A DNA stretch of 62,837 bases, the filler included, from Choristocarpus tenellus KU-1152 (Eukaryota; Protista; Phaeophyceae), in assembly GCA_964200185.2 (NCBI GenBank). It is 9 parts of 9 records of this genome, joined end to end, with 100 filler letters (N's around TTAATTAATTAA, not from the genome) between each part and the next. Parts side by side here need not be neighbours in the genome. Positions count along the whole stretch, not along the records: positions 1 to 6,052 come from CAXNAD020009064.1; positions 6,153 to 13,056 come from CAXNAD020007098.1; positions 13,157 to 18,380 come from CAXNAD020011445.1; 6 more parts are not named here. One strand, given 5' to 3'. Numbering within the stretch: position 1 is the stretch's first letter; every line of letters starts with the position of its first letter. The notes under the pieces were generated by a model, which was given only the letters and a program-made list of their open reading frames with translations, was not told the DNA's origin and made no database searches. Below are positions 1-13,469 of the stretch, in pieces. The position numbers and the translations under genes were made by a program.

Positions 1-67
1 CAAAATCACAACATTGTATTTTGACCCCCAAATGGACGCGGCTCTACCCTCTAAGATACTTTGGCTC
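1..67 (-). mobile_element. MITE family A, partial copy (terminal end only)
   Basis: Ends in TACCCTCTAAGATACTTTGGCTC, the family TIR; internal sequence matches the other copies. Confidence 0.85.
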
Positions 68-2164
68 CCAATCCATAGACACCCCACGGCGCATCCTGTC
101 TTCTCAGTCCCCCATGTCTCCTGCTGCTGCAAGTTCAATGTCAATTCCTCACGCAGGACCTAACTCAAGGTCCATCCCCTGATCGTGCAATGGTTGTCAG
201 TGCCGAGATGAAAGCTCTTGGTGCTGTTGTGGACCCAGGACTACACCTCTTCCCCATTTGTAAGGGTATTTGAGGAAACTGAGGACCTGCATAGATGTGT
301 GTCTGAAACACTTCATCATACCTTTGATGATGGGGTAAAAGGTAGAAGTGAGCAATAGGAGAACCTTAAAAATGTTGTACACCTCCAAAGCTAAATTATC
401 CACAGTATGATACCATGACCCATTCAGGATCTTTATTCAAAAAGCCAAAAATGGAGTAGTAATCGCTTACACTACATCTGTGGAGCCTTGGGCAATAAAA
501 CCCAACTTCTACAAAAGGTGCACTTGCACATCACGGCTGCAAAGAGTTAACCTCCATCAAGCACTGGGAGTGATCGTGTCGAGACTTGGTCAGAGGGTCA
601 ATTACGTCCATGGACAAAAATAACCTAGGACCAGGAGACAGCTTGAGGGTGTACAGGGGCTATTGCAGAGAATGCCTCGATCCCTTGCAAGCTTGGCAAC
701 ACTCACAATGCTTACACCAACGTCACTAGCTTCCCCATTCTTCTTCATCACTGTCATCAATCGAGCAATTTCCATGTACGTTTGGTCCAACTTGGCCTCT
801 CTTGCACCCTTGTTCGTAATTGTGACAGGCTGCTAGCACAGGATAGTGGCAGGTAGGACAGCCCATCAGCGTTAGTGTGCCTTGATCGCATGCAGTAATA
901 TAGTGTGAGCTTGTATACAACAAGGAAGTGTGCGAAATGTTATATTTGAGCAACCTTGTAAGGAGATCTCAGAAGAGACAGCAAAGGATAGTCACCAGTG
1001 TACACCTCGAGATGAATCCCATGTTAAATCATGCTGCAGCCCTTTAGTGGCACACACTAATGGACCTACCCCTAGCTCGGTGATAGTTCAATTCTGCATG
1101 TTGGTCGAGATAGAATAGGAGAGAAAGCATACAGGCATATCTTCTGTCCAAGATCCTACTGCTTCAACACTACGCCTAATAATCCTTCCACACCTCTGAA
1201 ACTAGCCACAACCATCCTTTATCACTGGGTGCTTTACCTCGATTTGCATATGCCAACAGCTGGTTTAATGCTAAGTTTTGGTTCACTTGCCCCTCAGTTT
1301 CTCCCATATCCCCTATCAAAGAGAAAGCCACCCCTTGCCTCAACTAGTTGCCGAGGGGAAATGTCTCCTTAGTCGGGTGACTAAGGGGTCCCCTGTAGGA
1401 CAACAAACACCTATTTCACATCATGAGTTGCCTCATGTCCGCTGGGAAGGTGTCTCCAGTATTAGCCTTGTCTTATCCAGTTCAGACCGTACTATTTATT
1501 CCAGGTACTAGTATAAATAATACTTTATTCTGAATTTTCAATTATTCAAGGAATTCATCAAGATGCTCTAGAAATGTTTAAAACCTGTGAGTTCTGTAGG
1601 ATTGCCTGGTAGCCTAAGGAATCCAACTCCCAGCAGCCTGGATGAACCTTCCTTGCAGACAGCTTGAGTTTAAACACCAGCAACCACAGCAGGAACCCTG
1701 TAATGTGGTTAATGGGTTCCTCCAAAGTGTGAGAGCAGAGCCAGATGTCATCAATGGATAGACGCACAAATTGCTAGGTCCCATGTGTAGGGTCATCAAT
1801 GAATGAGCACTGTGTCTTCTTTGTGCTGTATATAAAACGAAAGACGGTCACATTATCCAATGCCTCCTTTACGCATTGAGATTTCACTCACTGGCTTCTT
1901 AACACCTCTCCGAGATTCGTGACAATCTTTAGTTTCCACTCCAGGGCTGAGAGGCCAAACTCAATCGGGCTTAGGTATGAAAGTCGTTCCTTATAACATT
2001 ATAAAAGTAGTACTAAGTACTCAGTATGATTATTATTACTACCGACAAACAATCCCAACCCGTGGTCAGATCCACAATATACTGCACTAGTTGTCATGCT
2101 AACTGCCTGTACTGTTTGTTGCACTATGACTTACTGCATTTTCACCTTGTTTTAACATTAGTAA

Positions 2165-2218
2165 ACCCCTGTGCCTACCGAGGAGGTAGTCGACTACCTC
2201 CTCGGTAGGCACAGGGGT
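2165..2218. repeat. Perfect 54-bp palindrome, possible ultra-short piggyBac-like MITE
   Basis: ACCCCTGTGCCTACCGAGGAGGTAGTC followed directly by its exact reverse complement; flanks are TTAA-like (taaa/taat) around CCC...GGG ends. Confidence 0.8.
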
Positions 2219-4466
2219 AATGTTCCAACAAAAGCTTGCTCATGAAATGGGTTTAACCATACCACCACTCATCGCTCAGGCTCCTCCCTATAATTTTTTA
2301 TTTTGTGCTGGGCCCTTCGCATTAGTCTGAGGGGTTCCAGACCTGTGGTCAAATGGTAGTCAGGGGAAAGCAATACAAAATACTTGAGAAAACACAATAA
2401 TGCTACAGGAGAAAAAATATTTAAGAAGGAAGAGGATCAAATTATTAAGAGAGAAGGAACTTGGTGTAGCTACGGTGGGTAACCAAGAGAAACCCGGTCG
2501 AAATGCACTAATACACCATATTCGGGATGGGACGTCATTAGCATTACCATTCACCAAGTTCTAGAGGATAAAAAAAATAATAAAAAGAAACTTCATTGGC
2601 ACCCATTCCACACAATCTAGAAATGGCATTAATCAAATCCCATATGGAAGAGAGAAGGATGCAAGACTAACAAACCCAAAAAGAGAAAGACAACGAGGAG
2701 AAAACAGCATTCAGTAAAGAGCAGCCTTAATCCTCAACCCGTAGGACTGCATGAATTCGTGGGTTTACACCTCATCAACACCAGATTCCTTTTCATGGAA
2801 ATTTGGTACCTATTATCTGGAGTCTACGTGGCAAGTGCTCTGGGTAGTGAACCCGTCAGTCCCAATAGAACCTTACTGGTTAGGCACTTGGGACCTCTAT
2901 CTATCGATAGTGCTGCAAATGCGCTAAAAGCACCATTGATGGGATAGGAAATAGTATGAAGAACCATTGATGGATATGCCAGGGTATCGTTTTGTAACCA
3001 TAGCATTCTGTTTGTGTACTTTATGTATATCATACTTCAAAGTATACCAGATATATGGGCTGATTGGTGTCCAATGATTAGTGTTCTGCTCTAGGTATTT
3101 TTGTCATGCTGGAGAGAGGGAAGTGGTTCATAGCTATTATGGATGATTGCAAACCCTACAACTTAGAATAGTAATGTATGCCCTCAACCCCCATTAGCTC
3201 AGTGTATATGATTGAAACCACATGCTTTGTGTAACGCTACTACCATATGTATTATAACACATATTGTCTTCTGTCAAAGCACAGCATATATCAATTTAAT
3301 CATGGGGCCAGTGTGGGATACTTCAACACCTTCCATGCTGAGGTTATGGATTTTGGGGCCTCAGCGTCAATGACGTCATATACGGGTGCACTGGTTCCTG
3401 CACCAGTGATGATGTGTAGATAGATAGGTAGGCCTTGGAGATAGGTCTCCACCTGTCGCTCGTAAAGCTGACTAGATCAGGCTCATATGTTGAGTGCTCC
3501 GGAAGTCCCTTCATGTTCTGACAATTTGCTGAGTGCTTGCTTGTGAAGAACAGGTGCTGTGGCGAACACTGTACCGAGGTGGGGTACCTCTGTGATGGTT
3601 TCGGTTTCTGCATTAGGAACAGCTAGCAGGGGATCATGTTGCATATACTTCACACGCTTCTACACGCCTGCTCAAGGACCATATTGTAGTTTCCACCCCC
3701 TGACCTCTGCTATAGCTCTTGCCACTGGTCCGGCATCCTTCAATTATCCTTTGCAGTTCCTTGTTTCAGTACTTTTGCCCATTTAGCGAATGATCAGCTA
3801 CAATTCTAACAGTTTGTATGCCCACCGTGCCCTCCTTCTATTTATCCAAATACCATCGTTGAAGGGCAGGAAAGGTCCCCTTAACAACCCCCTCCTTCAC
3901 ACACCAAACCCCATCCCACTCATGTGATGGCCACCACGAGATGACCTTTGCGAGTCACACTTCGTCCATACAATTCAAGGGATGCAGGACAAATGCTGTG
4001 CAACTCACAACACTTTCCCCTATGCCCATTGTTCTGCTCTGTGCCATTCGTCCTGATTGCATGCAATATCTCCTTCAGGTTGCATGGGGTGCACCACTCT
4101 GTCTTCACTATCTCCCAGGAGGCTGGTCTCAACACCTTTGCCAATGGCCACTTCCCCCTCCCCCTTGTTGTACCAGCTCTCCATTCCACCTTTCCTACCC
4201 AATAATCCCCTGTCTATTTCCCCACCTCCTTCTCCCAGTCACCATATAACCCTCAACTATTCCCCAATCTCACCCTTTGTTTCCCCAACTCCGACTTCCT
4301 TCCCCCAACTGCTGCCTGGTCATGTCATCTTCCCTCACCCTTTTCCCTATCCCATGTTCCCTAGTTTTGTCACCTCTTGTCGCTCCTTCTATTGCCACAG
4401 ACATCCTCCCTACCACCCTCTGCTCCACGGCTTCTTGCATACCTCCTCCTGATGCTTCTCCCACCT

Positions 4467-4989
4467 GAGTCAAAATATCTTAGAGGGTAGGGCCGCGTCC
4501 ATTTGGTGGCCAAAAACTAATGTTGTAGTTTGATGTAATTTTGGCTATCGTGTTTGTTAGGAAGTGTCAATATCCGTGTTCCGGACACACCTTGTCATAA
4601 CGTATACATTTTACCTACTCGGAAACATTTTGGAGTAGGAAAATGTAATAAAAAACCCCGTGGGAAGTCAAGCCCCAAATGGAGTGAATGTATCTTAGAG
4701 AGGGTACGAGTTTTTCCCTGTTTGCCCATTTGGTGCTTGGCTTCCCACGGGTTTGTAATGACATCTTACCTACTCCAAAATGTTTCGAAGTAGGTAAAAT
4801 GTATACTTTATAAAAATGAGTGTACGGAACAAGGATATTGACACTTCCTAACAAACATGATAGCCAAAATTTAATCAAAATTGCAACATTAGATTTTGGC
4901 CCCCAAATGGACGCAGCTCTACCCTCTAAGATACTTTGACTCAACGGACAAATAGGGCTGAATTCGTACCCTCTAAGATAATTTCACTC
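4467..4989 (+). mobile_element. MITE family A copy with a second copy nested inside it
   Basis: TIRs GAGTCAAAATATCTTAGAGGGTA / TACCCTCTAAGATAATTTCACTC; TSD ACCT (4463-66, 4990-93). Confidence 0.92.
4682..4942 (-). mobile_element. MITE family A inner copy, opposite orientation
   Basis: Inserted in the host motif CCCCAAATGGACA; 4-bp TSD AATG/AACG (one mismatch). Confidence 0.9.
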
Positions 4990-5960
4990 ACCTCTGCGAT
5001 CTCTTCTCTACATGTTCCAGCCTACTTCAGTTCCTACCCCTGACCCTCATACTATATGAAGTCGGTACAGGCCTAAAGTTACAGATTTTATACCAGAATT
5101 ATAGCAAACCGGACTTCACCATTTGGGCGGTCCAAGCACATGCTTACTGATCACAGTGGTTAGAGCACGAGAAAAAACGCTTGTGTTCACATTGCGCTAT
5201 CTCACAAATGCACCAAGTACGCATGCATGAACCAATGGCTTGCCCAGCATTATGCATGGAATAGCATTCTGTACCTAGTCTGCTCCATCAATTATTGTAA
5301 CCAGTGTAAATTTTTCCACACAAATGCCACACACATCATCCTATCGCTGTACCTTTTAGGTTCTACACCAAGAATATCCATAAAGAGTCAATTTACAAAT
5401 ATATTAGGATTCAATCACAAAAAAATCATATCACACTAGTATATACCAAGGAATCATCAAAGTGAGTCTACTGTGAACACGCTCAGGGTTGACGATGTGT
5501 TGATGAATTGCAAGAGTAAGTCCTCACCTCCCTCCTGAAAGACCTAATGTTATTGGTAGCATGATCCCTCTTTGTTCCCTTTTCTTTCATGGAAGCCGTC
5601 ACCGCTAGACTTGGCTTTGATCATCAGTCCCTACCCCATAAATTTGCTCCCAACATATGCTACAATACGAGGCAGGTATGCAAACAGGAGGAGCATAGAA
5701 ATGTCTAGTGCTATTTACACCAAATGTCAACTTTTTCTGTGGAGAGGATCGTGTTGGTACAGTATGTCATTGCTGTTGGGTAATAGCAATGGTGTCCATC
5801 CTTTTTCTCTTAAACTGCAACATTTGTTTTTTGGAGTACCAAAAAAAAACAAGGAGATAAAAAACTCCCTTCGACATGCACTGGCTCACAAAAAATTTAA
5901 GCACTGAGAAATATGCAACATTGTAAGGGCATGATAAATATTGGAGTAATATAACATATT

Positions 5961-6052
5961 GACCCAAAGTATCTGGGAGGGGGGGGGGGGGCTACACAAG
6001 GGGGGTTATTTGGGTCCAAATGAGGAAAAGGGCATTTAAAGTAACCCACCGA
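5961..6052 (+). mobile_element. MITE family B (poly-G TIR), partial at contig end
   Basis: GACCCAAAGTATCTGGGAGGGG terminus; internal ATTTGGGTCCAAATGAGGAAAAGGGCATTTA resembles the full copy at 60121-60306. Confidence 0.7.
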
Positions 6053-6152
6053 NNNNNNNNNNNNNNNNNNNNNNNNNNNNNNNNNNNNNNNNNNNNTTAA
6101 TTAATTAANNNNNNNNNNNNNNNNNNNNNNNNNNNNNNNNNNNNNNNNNNNN

Positions 6153-6252
6153 CTGTTTCGGAGTAGGGAAAATCCCATTAAAAACTGGTGGGAAGCCAAG
6201 CCCCAAATGGACAAACATGGAAAAACTCGTACCCTCTAAGATACTTTCACTC
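6153..6252 (+). mobile_element. MITE family A, partial copy at contig start
   Basis: GGGAAGCCAAGCCCCAAATGGACAAAC...TACCCTCTAAGATACTTTCACTC. Confidence 0.85.
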
Positions 6253-7333
6253 CTTATCCCTTTTAATTCTTCAAAGCCCACCGTCCAGCAGATATTGTCT
6301 TTCAGCTCTGATAATGTACTCAGTAGGAATGGCATGGTTTCTTCCTTGCTTTAAAAGCGATGGGAAATGTTCAGCTGATCTTTCTCCAGATCCCAAGTTG
6401 AGGTTGCACACCCCTTGAGCTCCTTCACAACCTCCTACGCGCAAGCAGTGTGCCTAGGCCCCGTGACTCTACTCTATGCACACTCTAACCCTACATCTTC
6501 CTCTGAGCCTTTGATAGCTTTGTTCATCTAGGGAAGAGGAGTCATATCAGTATCCCAAAACTAGTACTATAAAAAAAAGGTAGCCCACACGCAAATGTAA
6601 GGAAGGTGCAATCATGGGCCCTGCATTTCTATTGGGTATCGGCCCACCACAAGTAATTATACTATGACATAGCTAGGCACCTACCTGTACTTACTGCATA
6701 GGGACGATATTTTTGCCCGTATAATTGACAGACGCCATATTTTTACTATTACTCTTGATTAAATCTTTGTTAAGGAGCAGCAGGGGCTTGACGGTGGAAC
6801 ATCCTTCACTCTCCCCAACTACTACTACAACAAACCACAAAACCGTGGTGTGTATGAGTGCAAATTAGGGAGCAATAACGACTGATGATAGCTCTAAGCA
6901 GGAAAAATGGGTACACCAATGAAGTTGGGGTATGCACGGTACAATCAATCATTGAGGTCATAAACAACTCTGGAGTGAAAAGGTAGGTGCATTGTGCGTA
7001 ATGAGCGGTTAGCCATAACCTTCGCCCTCCAATTCTTAGCTGTGGTTCTACAGCAGAGATCTAGCTCTTGCAATTAATACAGTGTCTGCCTCTCTACCAA
7101 TATTCTCCTTGGTACTCTGAACACCCAGGTGAAGTACAAATCGGGCAGCCCATGCATGTTTTGTTTTCGCCGGTTGAACTCCACACACAGATGCAGTACC
7201 AAGAAAGTTTTGTGTGCGCCATAATTTGGTGGGGCATAGGGTCCCCAATATCCTAGGAGCGATGGTCCCTCTCTTTGTACATCCAAGCGATGGACTGTCT
7301 ACACTGTGCTGGCGGTGCTTCCCACTTTCTAGA

Positions 7334-7422
7334 GATAAAGTGTCGATATGTTTTTTTTTGTCAGTTAAAAAAAAACATATCGACACTTTATCCCATCCTC
7401 AATTTTTGAAATCGGCTGTTAT
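7334..7422. mobile_element. Hairpin plus TIR remnant of MITE family C
   Basis: 26-bp perfect inverted repeat (7334-7392), then CCATCCTCAATTTTTGAAATCGGCTGTT, the reverse complement of the left end of the 55351-55472 element. Confidence 0.7.
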
Positions 7423-9439
7423 TTGGAGTACTTCTGACAAAATATTGTAGCATACTGTAGTACTACGAATGCAGTGTGATACACCAAATCATTCATAAAG
7501 CAAGAGTTACATACATCAACACGATATTATAGTAGTGGTGGTGACAGCAGTCGGGGAAAAAAAATACGTAAGCGATGCGATACAGAAGAGGAAATATGTT
7601 ATTTTTTTCGTAGAACAAAACTATTAAACGGATGGAGAGATTTCGCACAATGAAGTAACGATTTTCAAGGCAGGTGCAGACTTTCAGTAGCAGTAATAGA
7701 AACAATTAGCCTACACTTTCAAACGCGTATTACAAATAATACAAATTAACGTTGGTATTGCGAAGTGAAGCAATTCAAGCACTACCATCTGACTCCATTG
7801 AGAATGATAGGCATCAAAATTGAATTTTTCAATTTGACTGATGTTTTTGCACTTACGTGTAAGCTCTCTTCTGTCGTTTCCCGAAGGTGCCTCAGTTTGT
7901 GCAGTGTATACACACATTTTTGTGTTCTAATCGAGTTTATTGTTGAAAGATTGACCGAATTGATTAGCTCTCTTTCACAATTCTCAAGGCCTAAGACTTT
8001 CAAAAACATTGAAAGACTGCAAGTAAGGATGGGCAAGGACTCCCCTGTGTCCAAGATCAGCAATGCCACTCTTCCAGACAAGAAGAGGTACACAAGTGGG
8101 GTGGGCACAACATAACATGGGAAGGCTGTGCCAGGCTGGAAAGCTGAAGGGAAGTCCCACCAGTTAGTGGCCGCAGTGGTCCAGTAACCACAAGAGAAAA
8201 GTGTCAGTTTATAGGTGGTATGTTGTGTTAGAGCGTTTGTGAGGTAGGACACAAGTCTCCCGAGTGCATATGTCACCAAGGGCGCCGAGGCGTACTCATC
8301 AATCATTGAAGTATACCTTACACCAAATTTGTGGTGCCATTAGCCAGTGATGAAGTCTCATACTATGCCATACTTACCAGAGGTATGTCCATCTCATCAC
8401 AAAAAATGCAATATTTCACTTCAAGAACCAACCTAAAATTGGCAAAATATATTTTGTTGCGATAAATGAAATGTTACAATTATAAACATTTCTTTTTCTT
8501 CCAAAAAGCCACACGGTGAAAAGGGGCATAGTATTTGTGCTATCAAGACACCGGCCTTCAGTGAAAGGATTAGAGGTATTGAATCGCCAGCACACAAGAA
8601 CATTTGGACAACTGTTACCATCCTCTCACCCTCCTCACCTCCTTCTCACTCTTGCGGTATTCCAATCTTGATAGCAATGCAACGTGGACTAAACACACAT
8701 GTTAAATGCAGCAGTGGTGTGGTACATTGGCGACCCTTTTGCCTCAATCACCCTTTTCACCTTAACCCTTCAATTTCTGCCACTTCATCAAACAAATGTA
8801 AGTCACCAAACAAGCTATCTCAACAATCTCCACCCCCACACCAACACTATCCCTTTCAAAAAGGCACATTACACAACAGTCTCAAAAGATATGCGGCATA
8901 CCATCGTAGACCGACCCCTTACCCAACTACACACACAATCATGTAGACACATGAATAACCCCCTTCATGCTAACAGCGCTCTCCTCTATATCATAGGCCC
9001 AGAGGGTAGTATCAGAGCCCCCACACTCCCCCCATCCCTGTTGATGTCCACCGGTTTTCAGCCCTCTCCTCAGAATGTAACGATGTAACCTTTGGGATCC
9101 AAGACAGGAGTGTTCCTTTTGCTCACACATATCTTTCTAGCACCCACATCAGACCCACCCACACACAGCCTGTCAAGAAATAAAAACCTACATGGATAAA
9201 AGAATCTCAATCCATTCATCCATGATCAACAAAGCCTCCCACATGTGAACTCAACCATCAAAGTAATGACTATGCCACCAGCGAAGCCCATCAGTTTTTA
9301 CCTCAAAATTGTTGCTCCCTTTTGTTGGTACATACCACATCCACACCCCCATTGATAGAGAGGTAGCTGGTTGACTCTCCTGATTCCTTCCCTCCAAGTC
9401 AAGGGACACTCTAAAGCTGTTTCACTGATTTTGAACAAT

Positions 9440-11392
9440 TTAAAATGAGTTCTCGTTGATCTTGCGAGCACGAGCACGCATGATTCTGTTCCTACGACGG
9501 TTTTGCTGCAGTTTCCTCTTCTTCTTCTCCTGTGTGGACTCAAAGTGCCTGCAATCAAAAATCAGGAACAAAACAATTTGAAAGTAAGTAGAAAAAACTT
9601 AAATGAACGGGGCGTCGCCTATGTAGAAATGATGCAATATACTTCACTATCCCTTGACATCATTTCAGAATAAGCAAGAAAGAGAAGAGTAACACCTAAC
9701 AATGCCTTAACTGACACCCTACGATTCCATCCCACCACATGAATTGTTACAGAAGTATCTAAACAATTCCTGTAAAATAAAAAAAACACTTCATCTCTTC
9801 AGTACCAGTTAACACAACATGCAGGCAATAAATGCACAAGATAGTAATAGATACTACTATATTTTGTGGGGGTCTTGGAAAAGCCCATCACGTTATGAGG
9901 CTACCCTAAAATCTGACCAGAATTCAACTGTCTACCAGTTCTATGCCTATTCACTACAAAGCCAAAAGAAACATATTATTTTTCTACACCCTGCGAAGTG
10001 GGTGAACCAACCGATGATGAAGTACTTCACACAAAAAAATGCACTAAAGAACGGAGACATCAACTTCAGAACACAATCGACAACAGCAACGACCCCTAAC
10101 CCTAAAAAGAATCTTTTGGGTAGAACTGTAAGACAATCGTTCAAGTACAAAAATGAACCGGTACATACTGAGAGGATGTTGTGCCCAAGTACAAGGTACA
10201 CAGCACACAACTAACCTCAAAGCACACATGCGCACCTCTTGTCACCATTCCTGCAAACATATCGATACATAATAGTACCACAGGGTGCACACACCAACAC
10301 AGTGTTGTAGTGAACACAAACATGGTGTTGTAATGTACATCAACACAATTATGTGACACCTCTCAACCCTAACCCTAACCCCCCTATTGTTAGCAAGTCC
10401 AAGTCCTCTGCACACTCTGTAAAAACAAACCTCGACCTTAAAAAGGATACAAATAGCATCTTGAATATATGTACATATTTCCTATTACAATACTAATGGA
10501 AATAATCATACACTCTCACCTCTTGACCCTCATGTCCTGCAGGTGTCCCGAGCGAGAGACATCCCGACGGAAGCGTCCCAATGCGTGCTCCAGACTTGAT
10601 CATGAAAATGCATTATGAGTACATCAAAAAATAAAGAAAAAATTAGAAATTGAGGATGCACTCGTAAGATTAGCTCTTTAAAAATGAGCTTAGACATGGC
10701 CTGCCTAGACAGCAAAAGAAAAGAATATATTTGCTAATTAATTGCGTTATCACATCGGGAAAGTATCAGGCAATAAACAAGATGATACTTTGGGGGATGA
10801 TAGAGGGGTGGGAATTAAAGATAGGCTCTCTAGATGCAAGCTGCATAGCCGAGTTGAACTATCCCTATAGTTAGGGTTAGGGTTGAACTATCTCTATAGT
10901 TGAGTAAGAGTTCATTTTAAGGCCATGTGCAAAACATTGCAACATCTTTATTATCAGAAACAACACTAATTGTAGTATGAAACTGAGTAAAATATTAACA
11001 CTTCACTAGAGCTGTATCATATGTAACACCATAATACCATATTTTTCAACTTCTTTTTTCCCCCTCATGATAGATTAAAAAAAATGCAGATACATATTTG
11101 ATGTCTCGACAGGTTTAGGATCCCCCAAAACAAAAAAAACATCTGCACAGTGTTACCCTTCTCCATTCTAATCAGAACCGATTGGACCAATAAAAAATAA
11201 AGCAACATTTCACAACTATGAACTACTCTGCAAGAATACCACAGTAAAATATTAGTCAAGAGGGGTGAGGGTGGAGGTCAGTCAGGGGGTACTTGAACAC
11301 ATGCATAGGAAGGACCAGAGAGTAGTCAACGGTCTCTCACCTTTCGTCCTCCCCCACTTCAATGGAAATGCTCATCTTGAGAAGTGGTTCCC
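9440..11392 (-). CDS. rps21: Ribosomal protein bS21, nucleus-encoded and probably plastid-targeted; 5' targeting exons unresolved
   Basis: Phase-compatible GT-AG exons 11392-11341, 10594-10520 and 9548-9440 splice to EPLLKMSISIEVGEDESLEHALGRFRRDVSRSGHLQDMRVKRHFESTQEKKKRKLQQNRRRNRIMRARARKINENSF*, matching the S21 pattern (V-x-E-x-E-S-L-E-x-A-L-x-R-F-R...HFE...EKKKRK). Confidence 0.88.
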
Positions 11393-13469
11393 CTGCAAAA
11401 AGATTGCATCAATCAAAGTGCAATCAATCAAAATTAGGCATATTATCGCCTATCAAAAATTACCACTACTGTAAGCCAAAGGGAATACGGATGACAACTT
11501 AATCAGGCAACAGGTAACTAACCCGGGTTAGGACATGCAACATCGGCAACCAACCCTCCGGGGAAGCTTTACAAATGAACCCCATGTACAAAGACTTAAC
11601 ACAAATCAGTCGTAAGGGCTACATCAAGAAGAGGATATCAGACTCATCACTGACAATACAAATCCATTCAAGTCCTTTTTTATTTCATTTCTTGCGTAGG
11701 CGTACAATTCTGCCTACAAGAATGCAACCTCGTTTACTAAACCTGTACTAAAAATATTTTCATATATTTTACGAACAGAAGGAAAGCGAAGGGGATGGAA
11801 GAAGAATAAAACTACGAAAAAAAAAAAAAAAAGGGTCCTCCACAGTTGCAACATATCACAGAACACAATTCAGTTCATTCCATGTTACTTCTTACGTAAA
11901 AGAAAAACAGAATCAAAACAAATATATATATATACGTATGTATGGATATACGTTCCCCTCCGGTTTCTTCTCCCTAAAGAATTAGACTTTTATCTAATTC
12001 GTGTCAAGTGTCCCCCTGCAAGTACAGTGTCCAATAATCCTTCCTTTTGTGCAAACAATTTGGGTGATAAAAAGCGATCATCGCTCGAAATGCAAACAGG
12101 AATGATTGTGATCTACGCCCGGGGACCAAGAGGCAACAACAGGTGCCTTTAGAGCAACATCGAGGAACAGCTGATAGAACAGCTTTCCAACGAAAACATG
12201 CCAAGAACAGGTTAATGCATTTCCTGACAAAAATGGACCAATTGCATCTCTTCACACATGTCTCATCATTCTCGTCCATGTACTGAATAGATGTTATAAC
12301 CCACTTAACGGTCTTTTGTGTGAACAAACGGCGAACGCAATGTACCTAATTTCGAATGCTCTAAGGCAATGAATGTTGGTGTGGCTGCGAGGCTGCTCAG
12401 GGTAATTCCCCTGTTTTCGTGTCAATAATATGACAATGATTGCCATTGCCATTGTGCATGTATCTAGTTATTTATGGTCAACAGATTTGACCCGATGAAT
12501 CAAAGTTGTAACAAAGAGAGTATCTTACTGAAATGTTGCACCCATTACGGGAACAAGTTTGTGAAAAAGTCAAAAGAATGAAGGTGATTGACATGGAGTA
12601 TCCACAAAATCTAGCTAGCTGTAGCAACAAATCTGACTCTTGGGTTACATTGAGGTTCACAACATATATGGTTCATGGACTGGAAGACCAGCCCTCCTAC
12701 TTCAAAAATACGTATCCCTAATGGTCAGAGCTAAACACTCTGGTATCATAAAGCGATCTACTGGCTTATTGTTCAATATCGCTGTGTATCGATCCAGATT
12801 AAAGAATTGAGCCACGTTCTATTCCCTTCATTCTGAGAGGTCGACAAGCAGCACCATTGTTTCGATAGGATGGCCAACCACGAACGGTTCTAGTTGGATG
12901 ACGTATATCTACTAGTGGGATGTAGAACTACTCCATAACGGGAAAAAGGGAACGATTATGAGAGTTGATTCGATATAGAGGGGGCTTTATGCATTCTAGT
13001 CAAGGGTGGGAAAAAAAACATTTGAAACCGGGGGCAAGGGGGCAAAGGGGCAAGGGNNNNNNNNNNNNNNNNNNNNNNNNNNNNNNNNNNNNNNNNNNNN
13101 TTAATTAATTAANNNNNNNNNNNNNNNNNNNNNNNNNNNNNNNNNNNNNNNNNNNNCCAACATGAGGGGTCTGTGTCAACATTTTTTTGGGGGGGGAGGG
13201 AGTGGGATTTTTTTGGTGCCTCGTTGGCATAACGCCTGACCATGTAGTTGAGATCTCTACCCCCCTTGTTGAGTCGGAACCTCCCTCTCTCCTCCTCCTC
13301 TTAAGTTTTATTTTTGTTATTTTTGCAATAGTGATTCTATCGTTGCTGTTGTTTATTATTATTTATTGTGTGTGTTACTCTCTCTCCTGCCCCCCCCCCC
13401 CCCTGTTTGTGGTGTTGGCGTGGTAATATTTGATTTATCCATGTTGGTCTGTGTTTCGGGGGGGGTCAG

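Noticed and set aside
287-1651. Candidate minus-strand exons (KVHPGCWELDSLGYQ; QPVTITNKGAREAKLDQTYMEIARLMTVMKK)
   Set aside because: Splice signals are plausible but the frame is ambiguous, a GC donor is needed and no homology is recognised.
4554-4944. Recurrent MGSQAPNGQ / LGSVNILVPDT ORFs across the window
   Set aside because: Chance translations of the non-coding MITE A.
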